64,000 nucleotides of DNA from an uncultured Bacteroides sp. (GCF_945607605.1 NZ_CALYZE010000004.1), one strand, 5' to 3'; positions 35,593 through 46,552 are shown, numbered from the stretch's first letter. Notes: generated by a model not told the origin, from the sequence alone. Numbers and translations: made by a program.

Positions 35593-37293
35593 TTATTTGC
35601 AATGTTTTTCTATCAAAGCATCTACATTTGGGTCATTCAATTCTTTAGCTTTGGCAAAGTTTGCACAAGCTTCATTTTTCTTTTTCATCTGAATTTGTGC
35701 AATACCCATCAGGCGATAAGCCTCAGCATACTTCGGATCTATTTCCAAAGCTTCTTTCAAAACATGTATTGCGTCTTCGTTCCGTCCCACACGGATATTA
35801 ACCACAGCTAATTCTGCACGATAGGTTAAATCTGTCGGATTCAGTTCAATGGCTTTTGCCATATCATCAAGTGCACGTTGATATTGTTTGGCTTTCAAAG
35901 CAGCCTGTTCACGATAATAGTAGAATAAATCATTGACATTGCCATTGACTACTTTGAAGTAAGCATCGTAATCGAGCATAGCATTGCGTGCTTGATCTGC
36001 ATTCATACGAGCTTGAGCACGCTCCAAAAGATAAGGGGCTGCTGCTTCCATATAGGGTTCTGTAAAATAGCTCATACAACTATCCATCAAAGCCAATATT
36101 TCTTCTGCAGGAGCCTGCATCATTTCTTTCGTTTTAGCAGCACTAAAGAAAGTGACAGCAGATGCCAGATTAGATTTATTTACTTTATCATAGCTTGCAT
36201 AAGCAGCCGGATAGTCTTTTTTAGCAAACAAGATATCTCCTTCTTGTTGTATATAAATGGGAAGTTCTTCAATAGCAATAGCCTTCTTTATTTCCTCCAA
36301 AGCTTTATCCAACGTCCAATCTTTATAAATATTTTCAGGTTTTCCTAGTTGATAACTATAAATCATCTTGGCACGATTGAAATGAGCATCGTCTTTCTTT
36401 GAGGCAACGTCCAACGCTTTATCCATATCTGTCACTACTTTATCCATCGATTCATGGTCTGTTGATAAGAACATTTGTTGGGAAGCACGACGTAAATAAC
36501 CGTCAGCACTGTTGGGATACTGAGATATAAAATCATTCAGCAGTTCTGTGTATTTTTCTGGAGAAAGTTGAGAGGAGGCCATATAAAGAAATACCAATGC
36601 CTGTTCCTCTGTATCTGGCAATGCCTTCTTAATATTGATACCTTTCAATGCCATATCTCCATAAGACAATGCACTGATGTTTTGTGCCATTCCGAAGTTG
36701 GTATCAATGGCATAACAAATGGTAGCTGTATCTTGTCCGGATGATTTCTGGGCTAAGCCAAACACTTGTCCGTCGGCAGTCATTAACGGGCAACTTACCA
36801 TTTTGTCCTTCAAGTGCATATCAAGCGTATAATAAAAATATTTTTCGGCAATCTTCGTGGCTTCCTTTACCTTTCCTGTTGTATAGGAGCGGTCTTTCTG
36901 CGTTGAATACGGTAATAGATATACTTCACCACCCACTGTAGGAGGAGTCGCAGCTAAAGTCAAAGCAGGGACTTTCTTACCGGAAATTGCCACATGGAAC
37001 TTAACTACGTCATACATATCGTTAGCTCCCAAAACTGTTTCAACCGGCATTTGCACACCATCAAAGTTCATCACAACAGCACGTTGAGCCCCTTTAAACA
37101 GAGTATAATCTGATAGAGCTACACCATCTTCCGTTATATAAAAGCCGTTTCCTGTATTTAAAATCTTATCGTTCTGATCGTACGTTATCACTGAGAAAAC
37201 AGCACGTTTGGCCTTTTCCACCCATTTGGGTGCTTGAGCAACACTCCACTGAGCCAACAAACAGAAAGTGAGCATCAAAAGTATCTTCTTCAT
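35593..37293 (-). CDS. Secreted protein with trypsin-like (S1C-like) N-terminal domain and C-terminal TPR repeats
   Basis: 566 aa with a signal peptide. The N-terminal 200 aa have a chymotrypsin-fold-like pattern (FSVITYD..GNGFYITEDGVALSDYTLF). The C-terminus has clear TPR units. Confidence 0.55.
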   Translation of the reverse strand: MKKILLMLTFCLLAQWSVAQAPKWVEKAKRAVFSVITYDQNDKILNTGNGFYITEDGVALSDYTLFKGAQRAVVMNFDGVQMPVETVLGANDMYDVVKFHVAISGKKVPALTLAATPPTVGGEVYLLPYSTQKDRSYTTGKVKEATKIAEKYFYYTLDMHLKDKMVSCPLMTADGQVFGLAQKSSGQDTATICYAIDTNFGMAQNISALSYGDMALKGINIKKALPDTEEQALVFLYMASSQLSPEKYTELLNDFISQYPNSADGYLRRASQQMFLSTDHESMDKVVTDMDKALDVASKKDDAHFNRAKMIYSYQLGKPENIYKDWTLDKALEEIKKAIAIEELPIYIQQEGDILFAKKDYPAAYASYDKVNKSNLASAVTFFSAAKTKEMMQAPAEEILALMDSCMSYFTEPYMEAAAPYLLERAQARMNADQARNAMLDYDAYFKVVNGNVNDLFYYYREQAALKAKQYQRALDDMAKAIELNPTDLTYRAELAVVNIRVGRNEDAIHVLKEALEIDPKYAEAYRLMGIAQIQMKKKNEACANFAKAKELNDPNVDALIEKHCK

Positions 37294-37296
37294 ATC

Positions 37297-38037
37297 TTAG
37301 TTGTTTCTTTGTTTCACAGCTTCATAAATCAAGATACCGGCAGCAACGGATACGTTCAAAGATTCAATCGTTCCCAACATAGGAATCTTTACCCACTCGT
37401 CACATAAAGCCAGGTTATCATAAGAGACTCCCTTATCTTCAGCTCCCATGATAATGCACATTGGTCCGGTATAATCAGCTTTGGTATAGTCATAATCACC
37501 TTTTTCTGTAGCTGCTACAATATGGAAACCACTATTTTTGAGAAACTGCAAAGTATCTTTCAAATTTTGTTCCCGACAAACAGGCAAAGTATGCAAAGCA
37601 CCTGCCGAAGTTTTCATGGCATCAGCATTTACCGATACACTGTTCTTAGCCGGAATAATCACAGCATCTGCAGCCGCGCATTCACAAGTACGAGCAATGG
37701 CACCGAAATTACGAACATCAGTTATTCCATCCAACATTACAAACAGTGGGTTCTTGCCCTGTTCAAAAAGAAAAGGAACTAAATCTTCTGCTTTTTGATA
37801 GGTCACCGATGAGATAAAGGCAACTACTCCTTGATGATTTTTACGTGTAATACGGTTGATACGTTCGACCGGAACACGTTGCACAGGTATCAATGTTCCT
37901 TTCAGAACAGCAAACAATTCTTTTGACAAGTCACTTTGAATATCCTTTTTCACCAGTATCTTATCTATTTCTTTCCCTGCTTGAATAGCTTCTATCACAG
38001 CACGAACGCCGAATATCATTTCACTTTGATCAACCAT
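37297..38037 (-). CDS. rlmB: 23S rRNA (guanosine-2'-O)-methyltransferase, SpoU/TrmH family
   Basis: 246 aa. N-terminal substrate-binding domain (FGVRAVIEAI). SpoU motifs IIMGAEDKGVS and ESLNVSVAAGILIYE. Confidence 0.85.
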   Translation of the reverse strand: MVDQSEMIFGVRAVIEAIQAGKEIDKILVKKDIQSDLSKELFAVLKGTLIPVQRVPVERINRITRKNHQGVVAFISSVTYQKAEDLVPFLFEQGKNPLFVMLDGITDVRNFGAIARTCECAAADAVIIPAKNSVSVNADAMKTSAGALHTLPVCREQNLKDTLQFLKNSGFHIVAATEKGDYDYTKADYTGPMCIIMGAEDKGVSYDNLALCDEWVKIPMLGTIESLNVSVAAGILIYEAVKQRNN

Positions 38038-38107
38038 TTTTATTTGTTATTTTACGATTTACTATTTATGGATGGAGTCAGCAATAGGCTCCATTATTCA
38101 TCACTAA

Positions 38108-39775
38108 CTACGAATTCACGCCCTTGAGCAATGCCTGTGCATTATTCAAGGCCGCTTCAGTAAGGATAGCACCACTCAACATATGAGCGATCTCCTCTAC
38201 CCGTTCCTTATCTGTCAAACGGCGAATGTGACTATTTGTCTCTTTATCATTGTCTTGCTTATAAACCTTATAATGCACACGGCCACGAGCTGCAATTTGA
38301 GGGAGGTGGGTTATGCTGATAACCTGACGATTACTCTCACCCATTTCTTCCATAATATCCGCCATGCGGTCGGCTATCTCACCAGACACGCCAGTATCTA
38401 TTTCATCAAATATAATAGTGGGAAGTTTCACCGCTCCTGCTATCATAGCTTTGACAGACAGCATGACGCGAGCTGTTTCACCACCGGAAGCTACAGACGA
38501 TATACTTTGTAAAGTTCCGTTTTTGTTGGCAGAAAACAAAAAGGTGACGGTATCAGCACCATGTAAACCTAGCTCTTTACGAGTACTCATTTCCACTTGA
38601 AAGCGAACATTGGGCATTCCAAGAGGCACCAGACGTGAAGCCATCTGTTGCTCTACTTCACGCGCAGCATCCATACGGGCTTTTGTCAATACAGCAGCTT
38701 GTTTCTTTACCTTATTATATAAATTATCGCAGCGCGCTTTCTGTTTTTCAATCTCTTCTTCCGATGAAGTAATGGCTGAAAGTTTCGTGGCATACTCATC
38801 TTCCAGAGCCAACAACTCTTCAACGGTAGAAACGCGATGCTTTTGCTGAAGTGTATAAATTAAATTCAAACGTTCGTTTACCTCTTCCAGTCGAGTAGGA
38901 TTAAATTCCACCGATTCTTCCTTACCCGAAATTTCCTGTGAGATATCCTTCAATTCGATGAAAGTACTCTCCAAACGTTCAGCAAGTTCACCTGCAACGG
39001 GAAAGACATTCTGTAATCCAAGCATAATACTCAAGCAATTTTTAAGTTCAGAAAGTAAGCCTCCTTCCTCCGAGTACAAAGTTTGTCCGGCACGAAATAG
39101 TCCGGCTTTAATTTCTTCCGCATGGGTTAAAGTATCTGCCTCTTGTTCCAATTTTTCTTGCTCATCTATCGATAAACCAGCTTCCTCCAATTGTTCCAAT
39201 TGAAAGCGGATATAGTCTTCATCAGCCTTATCCTGCTCCGCACGGGCAATGAGCGTTTCTAAATCATGCAGTGCCTGTTTCCATTCGTTATACATCAATT
39301 GATAAACAGACAAATCACCTTCGTTATGTGACAATATATCCAACACATTAAGCTGAAAACCCTCTTTGTTCAGCAATAAATTCTGGTGCTGTGAATGTAC
39401 ATCAATCAACAACTCTCCTAGTTCTTTCATCTGTGTTAAGGAAGCAGGGCTATCATTGATAAACGCTCGACTCTTGCCTGAAGCATGCACTTCACGGCGA
39501 AGGATGCATTCTTCCTCATATTCCAGTTCATTTACTTCAAAGAAAGGTCGCATGCCATAAGCCGATATATTAAAATGAGCTTCAATAATACATTTTGATG
39601 CTCCTGTCCGAATAGCCTTTACATCAGCACGTTGCCCCAACAACAAACCAATGGCACCTAAAATAATAGATTTTCCAGCACCTGTCTCACCTGTAATGAC
39701 CGAAAAACCGCTACCAAAGTTGATATCGAGTTCCTCAATTAGCGCATAATTTTGTATAAAAAGCGAACGCAGCAT
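38108..39775 (-). CDS. recN: DNA repair protein RecN
   Basis: 555 aa. Walker A GETGAGKSIILGAIGLLLG, a long coiled coil, and FDEIDTGVSG. Confidence 0.95.
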   Translation of the reverse strand: MLRSLFIQNYALIEELDINFGSGFSVITGETGAGKSIILGAIGLLLGQRADVKAIRTGASKCIIEAHFNISAYGMRPFFEVNELEYEEECILRREVHASGKSRAFINDSPASLTQMKELGELLIDVHSQHQNLLLNKEGFQLNVLDILSHNEGDLSVYQLMYNEWKQALHDLETLIARAEQDKADEDYIRFQLEQLEEAGLSIDEQEKLEQEADTLTHAEEIKAGLFRAGQTLYSEEGGLLSELKNCLSIMLGLQNVFPVAGELAERLESTFIELKDISQEISGKEESVEFNPTRLEEVNERLNLIYTLQQKHRVSTVEELLALEDEYATKLSAITSSEEEIEKQKARCDNLYNKVKKQAAVLTKARMDAAREVEQQMASRLVPLGMPNVRFQVEMSTRKELGLHGADTVTFLFSANKNGTLQSISSVASGGETARVMLSVKAMIAGAVKLPTIIFDEIDTGVSGEIADRMADIMEEMGESNRQVISITHLPQIAARGRVHYKVYKQDNDKETNSHIRRLTDKERVEEIAHMLSGAILTEAALNNAQALLKGVNS

Positions 39776-39783
39776 AAAGCAAT

Positions 39784-41025
39784 TTATGATTTATTGTTAT
39801 CGGCTCGTTGTAACACTTCTACCAGATTATTCACAATATCTGTAGCAACTTCAGCTTTAGACTTCAGTGGATACTCTTTTTTCCCTTCCCTATCTATAAT
39901 GCTGATTTTATTTGTATCCCAACGGAAACCTGCTCCTTGATCATTCAGTGAATTCAAAACAATAAAGTCCAGATTCTTCCGATGAAGTTTCTCTTCTGCA
40001 TGATGTTGTTCGTTATTCGTTTCAAGTGCAAAGCCTACGAGAATTTTCTTGCTTCTCATGTTTTTTTTCAAAACACCCAGACTGGCAGCAATGTCTTGTG
40101 TCGGCTTCAGCTTCAAAGTCATATCTCCGGTCTTTTCCCGTTTTATTTTCTCATCGGCTATTTGCTCCGGAGTATAATCGGCAACTGCTGCAGACAAAAT
40201 AACTACATCCGCATCATCAAAAAGGACATGAGCAACATCATGCATCTGCTGTGCTGACTCTACCATGTGATACTGGTACATAGGGAAACGTGTGGTTTGT
40301 TGTACGGGGCCTGTAATCAATATTACTTTGGCTCCTCGGCTAGCACATTCATCAGCAAGCGCAAATCCCATCTTTCCGGATGAATAATTACCAATAAAAC
40401 GTACCGGATCAATTTTTTCGTAAGTAGGTCCTGTGGTTATCATAATGGTCTTACCCACCAGATCCCCCTCTTTAGCCGCAAAATATTGCTCCAGTTGAAG
40501 AATAATATTTTCAGGTTCTTCCATACGCCCCTTTCCTACCAAATGGCTCGCAAGTTCACCTATTCCCGGTTCAATAATATGATTACCATAAGAACGTAAA
40601 ATTTCAAGATTCTTCTGTGTAGAAGGGTGCGCATACATATCCAAGTCCATAGCAGGTGCTACAAACACAGGGGCTTTTGCCGAAAGATAGGTGGTCATCA
40701 GCATATTATCAGCGATGCCATTGACCATCTTACCGATCGTGGAAGCTGTTGCCGGAGCAATCAACATGGCATCCGCCCATAAGCCCAGGTCTACATGGCT
40801 GTTCCACGTCCCGTCACGCTGAGCAAAGAACTCACTGATAACCGGTTTGCCTGTTAATGCAGATAAAGTAATAGGGGTAATAAATTCTTTACCAGCAGGC
40901 GTAATAACCACCTGCACTTCAGCGCCACGTTTTATCAATCCACGGATAATATAACATGCTTTATAGGCGGCAATGCTTCCTGTAACCCCTAATACTATTT
41001 TTTTCCCTTTCAGAGTATTTGCCAT
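39784..41025 (-). CDS. coaBC: Bifunctional phosphopantothenoylcysteine decarboxylase / phosphopantothenate-cysteine ligase
   Basis: 413 aa. Flavoprotein N-terminus GVTGSIAAYK and CoaB domain NYSSGKMG. Confidence 0.95.
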   Translation of the reverse strand: MANTLKGKKIVLGVTGSIAAYKACYIIRGLIKRGAEVQVVITPAGKEFITPITLSALTGKPVISEFFAQRDGTWNSHVDLGLWADAMLIAPATASTIGKMVNGIADNMLMTTYLSAKAPVFVAPAMDLDMYAHPSTQKNLEILRSYGNHIIEPGIGELASHLVGKGRMEEPENIILQLEQYFAAKEGDLVGKTIMITTGPTYEKIDPVRFIGNYSSGKMGFALADECASRGAKVILITGPVQQTTRFPMYQYHMVESAQQMHDVAHVLFDDADVVILSAAVADYTPEQIADEKIKREKTGDMTLKLKPTQDIAASLGVLKKNMRSKKILVGFALETNNEQHHAEEKLHRKNLDFIVLNSLNDQGAGFRWDTNKISIIDREGKKEYPLKSKAEVATDIVNNLVEVLQRADNNKS

Positions 41026-41045
41026 GATAAAAATTACAAATTACA

Positions 41046-41816
41046 TCATTTTTGTGTCATTTCACGTAAGCGTATCTTTGTCAACATAGCCTTGGTGTTC
41101 AAAGTAAATTCACTGTTTAACATCCAGCTATAATAGCCCGGATCACGCTTCAGTATTTCCGAAACAGACATCCCTTTATACTTACCAAAGTTAAATACTT
41201 CCACTCCATTGTCATCATAAACCATGCGGCCGGCAAAGTCTACATTTTTGTTGAAACAAGAATAGTCCGCAAGGAAGGCAATATCATTTTGTAAATCGTC
41301 ATAACGATCTAGTTGTGACATAAGCACTTCATAAGTAGCACGAGTATCAGCTTCAGCCGTATGAGCATCTTCCAAATCTTTGCCACAATAAAACTTATAA
41401 GCCGCTGATAAAGTACGTTGTTCCATTTTGTGGAAAATAACCTGCACATCTACAAATTTACGACGACTCATATCCATATCTACTCCTGCACGCAAAAATT
41501 CTTCAGCCAAAACAGGTATATCGAAACGATTGGAGTTGAAGCCTGCAAGGTCACAACCTTCTATATCATTGGCTATGATACGTGCTACTCCCTTGAAAGT
41601 GGGACAATCTGCAATATCTTCATCATAAATACCATGCACAGCAGAAGCTTCTGCTGGAATAGGCATTTCGGGATTGATACGCATTGTTTTCGACTCTTCA
41701 TTTCCATTAGGATAGACTTTGAGATAACAGATCTCTACAATTCGGTCTGAGTTAATATTCGTACCGGTAGTCTCCAAATCAAAAAAGACAATCGGATTTT
41801 TAAGATTTAGTTTCAT
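41046..41816 (-). CDS. DEDDh 3'-5' exonuclease (DNA polymerase III epsilon-like)
   Basis: 256 aa. ExoI FFDLETTG, ExoII GFNSNRFDIPVL, ExoIII HTAEADTRAT. Confidence 0.8.
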   Translation of the reverse strand: MKLNLKNPIVFFDLETTGTNINSDRIVEICYLKVYPNGNEESKTMRINPEMPIPAEASAVHGIYDEDIADCPTFKGVARIIANDIEGCDLAGFNSNRFDIPVLAEEFLRAGVDMDMSRRKFVDVQVIFHKMEQRTLSAAYKFYCGKDLEDAHTAEADTRATYEVLMSQLDRYDDLQNDIAFLADYSCFNKNVDFAGRMVYDDNGVEVFNFGKYKGMSVSEILKRDPGYYSWMLNSEFTLNTKAMLTKIRLREMTQK

Positions 41817-41920
41817 ACTCTTTTGTATTTACTTTTTTCACCACAAAGGACACAAAGGGCATAGTTCTAGAAAACTCTGCACTCTTAGTGTCCTCTTATG
41901 ATAAACAATCATCTATTTTA

Positions 41921-43045
41921 TCAATCATTCAACATCATCGGCATCAACAGCATCAATAAGTCTTCGTCTTCCTTCTGCTCTACGGGAACAATGACACCTG
42001 CACGAGATGGATCTGCTAGTTCTATTATCACCTCATCAGCAGAGATATTATTCAGAATATCTATCAAAAAAGTAGATTTAAAACCAATGCTCATTGGATT
42101 ACCCGCATACTGACAAACCAATGTTTCTTCTGCTGAAGTAGAGAAATCAATATCTTGGGCTGAAATCACAATTAGGTTTTCCTGCATGCGCAGTTTGATT
42201 AGACTACTCGCTTGTGAGGAAAATATGGATACACGGCGTAAAGCGCCAATCAGTAATTGACGATCCACGGTTACTTTATATGGATTGTTCTGTGGGATTA
42301 CTGAATTATAATTTGGATAACGTCCTTCAATAAGACGACATACCATACGGTATCTGTCCAAAACAAATATTGCATTACGCTCATCGAATTCAATCGTAAC
42401 ATTGCCTTGTTCTTTAGTCAGCAGGTTCTTCACCAATGAAGCTGGCTTCTTAGGCAGGATAAATGCAGCGCGTTCATTGCCTTTGGCAACTAAAGTCTTG
42501 CAACGTATCAACTTGTGACCATCGGATGCAACCATTGTGATATCATCTGTTGTAATATCAAAATAGACACCATTCATTACAGGACGAAGTTCATCATCAG
42601 CCGTAGCGAAAATAGCACGATTTATACCTCCCAGCAAAACTTGTGCATCCATTTCCACTCGCACGGCATTATCTCCCAACATGGCCGACTGAGGGAATTC
42701 ATCTGCATTCTGCCCCATTAGGCTATATTTACCGTTCTGATACTGCACTGTAATTTCAAAAGAAGAAGTATTAATTTCAAAAGTTAATGGCTGCTCAGGA
42801 ATCTCTTTCAATGCATCCAATAAACTTTTGGCAGTCACAGCAAAACGACCGTCCATATCACTTTCATTGACTTCGACTGAAGTAACCATGGTTGTCTCAC
42901 TGTCAGATACAGTCACAGTCAAAGTTCCGTCTTGCAACTCAAAAAGTAAACAATCTAAAATAGGCAGTGTATTCTTCGAGTTAATCACTCGGCTAATGGC
43001 TTGTAAATGGCTGGAGAGCGCAGTACTTGAAACGATAAATTTCAT
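41921..43045 (-). CDS. dnaN: DNA polymerase III beta sliding clamp
   Basis: 374 aa with a three-domain clamp pattern. MKFIVSSTALSSHLQAISRVI... Confidence 0.95.
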   Translation of the reverse strand: MKFIVSSTALSSHLQAISRVINSKNTLPILDCLLFELQDGTLTVTVSDSETTMVTSVEVNESDMDGRFAVTAKSLLDALKEIPEQPLTFEINTSSFEITVQYQNGKYSLMGQNADEFPQSAMLGDNAVRVEMDAQVLLGGINRAIFATADDELRPVMNGVYFDITTDDITMVASDGHKLIRCKTLVAKGNERAAFILPKKPASLVKNLLTKEQGNVTIEFDERNAIFVLDRYRMVCRLIEGRYPNYNSVIPQNNPYKVTVDRQLLIGALRRVSIFSSQASSLIKLRMQENLIVISAQDIDFSTSAEETLVCQYAGNPMSIGFKSTFLIDILNNISADEVIIELADPSRAGVIVPVEQKEDEDLLMLLMPMMLND

Positions 43046-43094
43046 ATTATCTATATATTTAAGTTTTTATTTTGTCTTTTCATTAAGTAACGGA

Positions 43095-43102
43095 CAAAGT
43101 TA
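43095..43102 (-). promoter_or_regulatory. -7 box (TAACTTTG on minus strand) for dnaN
   Basis: The plus strand reads caaagtta, 50 nt upstream of the dnaN start. Confidence 0.4.
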
Positions 43103-43208
43103 AAAAAAGAATTCCCTACAGCAAAGAAATACAAAGAAAAAACAGATGAACATTCGTCTTATATTACTAAAATATTGTAACTTCGCGGCATTATTTAAAA
43201 AGAGAACA

Positions 43209-43577
43209 ATGGAATTTACAGGAAAAATCATCGCTGTACTTCAGCAAAGAGGCGGAGTATCTAAGACTGGTAACGAGTGGAAATCACAAGAATATGTAAT
43301 TGAGGACAATGGTCAGTATCCACGTAAAATGTGCTTCGATGTTTTTGGAGCAGATAAGATAGAGCAATTTAACATTCAGGAGGGCGAAGAGCTTACAGTT
43401 TCCTTCGATATAGATGCACGTCAGTGGCAAGACCGCTGGTTCAACAGCATCCGTGCATGGAAAGTAGAACGTGTCAGCGCAGCTGCATCCGCATCAGGGG
43501 CTCCCATACCGCCTCCGGCACCAAGTGCTGCACCGGAATTTCTTTCCGGAGATACAAAGGACGATCTACCTTTCTAA
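43209..43577 (+). CDS. DUF3127-like OB-fold protein
   Basis: 122 aa from ATG 43209. MEFTGKIIAVLQQRGGVSKTGNEWKSQEYVIE matches my recollection of DUF3127. Pro/Ala-rich tail. Confidence 0.7.
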   Translation: MEFTGKIIAVLQQRGGVSKTGNEWKSQEYVIEDNGQYPRKMCFDVFGADKIEQFNIQEGEELTVSFDIDARQWQDRWFNSIRAWKVERVSAAASASGAPIPPPAPSAAPEFLSGDTKDDLPF

Positions 43578-44068
43578 ATAAAAAAACATCAACAAGAAAC
43601 AAGGCGTAAGTGGGATAGCTTGCGAGCCTCGACTAGCATAGAGGTGAAGATCTCCCGTAAGGAGTCAAAACGCATAATGACTGCATAGAGCGGCTGTCCG
43701 CTAAAATGTGTACTTTGATCCATGGTTGCCTTGTTTGTTTAGACGCTTACAAATAACCATAAAGGGCTGAATCCAACCAATGGAAACAGCCCTTTAGTAT
43801 ATTAGCTCAAAAAGTTTTAGCGGATAAGAATCATTTTTTAGTTTATACAATCTTTTCTTGCTTTCTCTGCATCACAAAGCTGCCTGCTATGCAAGAAAGA
43901 TTTAGAATCTAACTTTTGTTCTTAGGAATGAAGTTCATTTGTAGAAACAAAGCCTTTATTTTTAAGAATGATAGGTACAAAGGCAATTATTCATCAGAAG
44001 GAAAAACTTTTATCCGGTAGGATTTTAGAAAAGAGACGGTAGATAAAGAAGGACAGCAATAATAGTAA

Positions 44069-45715
44069 TTAAGAATTTTGATTTCCTTCTTTATAAAGTA
44101 GTACGATATTCGGATAAGCTACACCTTCCGTATAGGTAAACTGCACAGCAAGCATAAAATTGCGGAAAAAATTTGCCTGACGGAAAAAAAAGTTTGGTAT
44201 CAGTCGCACATATGTTTCGGGCTGGTGTAACATTTCTTCCATATCTACCATCATCACAAAATTATAGATCGGCGACACGCTTCTGATTCCTTCTTCATAC
44301 ATCGGCGTTCCATCCAACACATCCCCATTTTCTAGAGCTTCGATATAGGCAGAAAGACTGGTAGCATCAGGGGCCAACAACAAGTGTCCTCTATAAAAAC
44401 AAGTATAAGTATAAAGTGCTGACTCCGTAATACCGGTCATTTGGGTAAGTAAAGTATTCCGGGGCAATACATATTGTTTAAATCTTCTTGCTTTAGGGTA
44501 CTTAGCATACTCCGAATAAATTTGCCCCGCAGGTGGCGCATTCTTTTCTCGAGGTGTAGTATTTAACAAAAATCGCAACCTACGTTCAGCAGCTTGTTCA
44601 TCACTTATTGGAACACTCATGACAGCATGAGGTAGCTTATTCAAGGTATCCCTTGATTGAAAAAGGCAAGACATCACACTTTCACCCGCATAATCATTCA
44701 AAAAGGCAATCCATTCTTCATCCCGTTGCTTGATATAATCAGAGTAAGTGGCCTTGGCATATTCTTGATGGGATGTAAAATCGAGCACCGCCTCCCTATC
44801 TGAAAACGCCCAACAATCATAGAAAAATGTAGTGGACGGAAGATACGCTCCTGGAAAACCTTCTATTGGTTTCTGCAAACGCAAAGCATTGACAAATGTC
44901 TGTGTAGAATCTACTCCATGACTGATGCCAGAACAGTAAATAGCATCTTCATTAAACTTCAGATCAAATTCAGCCCAGCTTCCTAAACGGGTTTGAAAAC
45001 GAATGCCATCTGTAGGTTTTCCCATATCCACATTCTTCATACGAACATACACCTTAGCAGCAACATTATCATGCTTACCTGCCTGCATCATGCGAAAAGA
45101 CTGGAGATGCATCAACGACTTCTTTTCACGACGTGCATCAATGACTTGTTCAATGAGGCGTTTCTGAAAACTGATAGCCAAAAAATCTGAAGTAAAGTAG
45201 GTAGCTAGGAACTTCCCATCTGCCATCGGATAAATCCGAATTTCTTCGCCTTCATAATCAAAAAATTTAGAAGGGAAACTACTGGAACTATATTTTTGGA
45301 TAAAAGACTCCACCAATTCATAATCACCCGCGCCGAGATTGCAATACAAAACCTGGTTCAACGGCGTGTCTGGTTCATGAAAGCTAATCAGCATTTTATT
45401 CATCTGCCTGCTCAATCCATGTGGAGTGTCATCTACCAAAGTATATAAATATTCCTTCAGATAAACAAACAGTTCAGATACATAAAGATAGTGATTGTCT
45501 TTGCTACAATTTAATTGACTGATATCTTCTACCAAATCTGCCACACGGTCAGTTTCAAGCACAGAGATAGCATCTTGTGGCACCAAAGAATAAAGATTAA
45601 AATCATGCCGATTCTCCACTGCATTCATGCGGAAAAACGAATATACACCAAAACCCGTACATAAGAGTACTACGGACAGAATGATGGCTATTCGTATAAG
45701 GAGTCGGAGTTTCAT
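44069..45715 (-). CDS. Membrane-anchored conserved hypothetical protein (DUF3352-like)
   Basis: 548 aa with an N-terminal TM segment. The family assignment is from memory only. Confidence 0.55.
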   Translation of the reverse strand: MKLRLLIRIAIILSVVLLCTGFGVYSFFRMNAVENRHDFNLYSLVPQDAISVLETDRVADLVEDISQLNCSKDNHYLYVSELFVYLKEYLYTLVDDTPHGLSRQMNKMLISFHEPDTPLNQVLYCNLGAGDYELVESFIQKYSSSSFPSKFFDYEGEEIRIYPMADGKFLATYFTSDFLAISFQKRLIEQVIDARREKKSLMHLQSFRMMQAGKHDNVAAKVYVRMKNVDMGKPTDGIRFQTRLGSWAEFDLKFNEDAIYCSGISHGVDSTQTFVNALRLQKPIEGFPGAYLPSTTFFYDCWAFSDREAVLDFTSHQEYAKATYSDYIKQRDEEWIAFLNDYAGESVMSCLFQSRDTLNKLPHAVMSVPISDEQAAERRLRFLLNTTPREKNAPPAGQIYSEYAKYPKARRFKQYVLPRNTLLTQMTGITESALYTYTCFYRGHLLLAPDATSLSAYIEALENGDVLDGTPMYEEGIRSVSPIYNFVMMVDMEEMLHQPETYVRLIPNFFFRQANFFRNFMLAVQFTYTEGVAYPNIVLLYKEGNQNS

Positions 45716-45787
45716 GACATTCGTTCATCAACTTTTGGCAAAAATAACATTTTCTACTAATAAAACAAAACAAATGTTTCAAAAAGT

Positions 45788-46552
45788 TTAGAAAACTATT
45801 TCTAGTCCATCATAAGCCAAGTGTACATGAGATGGCAACTTTGAACTGAGCTCTGCATGTGTCCCTGCATGATGACTCATATGAATAAAATAGGTTTCCT
45901 TCGCACCTATACGCTCCGCAGTAACCAATGCCTCTGAGATGTTTTGATGCGTGGTATGCTTCTGTAAGCGCAAAGCATTTATAATCAAAACATCCACTCC
46001 TTTTAATTGTTCATAAGATTCTTCCGGCATTGTAAGCATGTCTGTAATATATCCCAAACGTTCTCCTATTCGGTATCCCAATATGGGCAGTTTACCATGC
46101 ATCACTTGAAGAGGTAGTATTTTCGTCTGGCGGATATAAAAAGGGATACCGGCTTTCACTTCTTGAAGATAGATACGCGGAACACCTGGATAAGTTTTAT
46201 GTACGAAGCAATAAGGCATCCGCGCACGCAAATGATCTGCCGTATAAGCATCCGAATAAACTGGTATCTCCCCAAAACGGCAGAAAGGGCGCAAATCATC
46301 CAATCCACCCACATGATCGTAATGTTCATGGGTAATTAGCACACCATCAATCTTTTCAAAAGAAGGCATATCTAACATTTGTTTCCTAAAATCAGGACCA
46401 CAATCAATCAATATCACTGCATCATCAATGTGTAGGATTGAAGATGCGCGCAAGCGATTATCTCGTGGATCTTTAGAAGTGCAAACAGGACAAGTGCAAC
46501 CTATTTCTGGTACGCCTGTTGAAGTCCCACTTCCTAATATTCTTAGCAACAT
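45788..46552 (-). CDS. MBL-fold metallo-hydrolase (PhnP/GPDQ-like)
   Basis: 254 aa from ATG 46552 (MLLRILGSGTSTGVPE). HxHxDH motif THEHYDHVGG. Confidence 0.8.
   Translation of the reverse strand: MLLRILGSGTSTGVPEIGCTCPVCTSKDPRDNRLRASSILHIDDAVILIDCGPDFRKQMLDMPSFEKIDGVLITHEHYDHVGGLDDLRPFCRFGEIPVYSDAYTADHLRARMPYCFVHKTYPGVPRIYLQEVKAGIPFYIRQTKILPLQVMHGKLPILGYRIGERLGYITDMLTMPEESYEQLKGVDVLIINALRLQKHTTHQNISEALVTAERIGAKETYFIHMSHHAGTHAELSSKLPSHVHLAYDGLEIVF

Noticed and set aside
41921-43208. Replication origin next to dnaN.
   Set aside because: There is no dnaA gene in the window. I found no cluster of TTATCCACA-type boxes in the dnaN upstream region, only isolated one-mismatch hits elsewhere (e.g. 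~4300).
43744-43750. GTAAGCG heptamers (IS66-type terminal motif) at 43750-43744 (minus strand) and 62302-62308, and the near-match GTAAGCT at 32211-32217.
   Set aside because: These are isolated 7-mers with no matching inverted partner, no 8-bp duplication and no adjacent transposase remnants. They are most likely chance occurrences.
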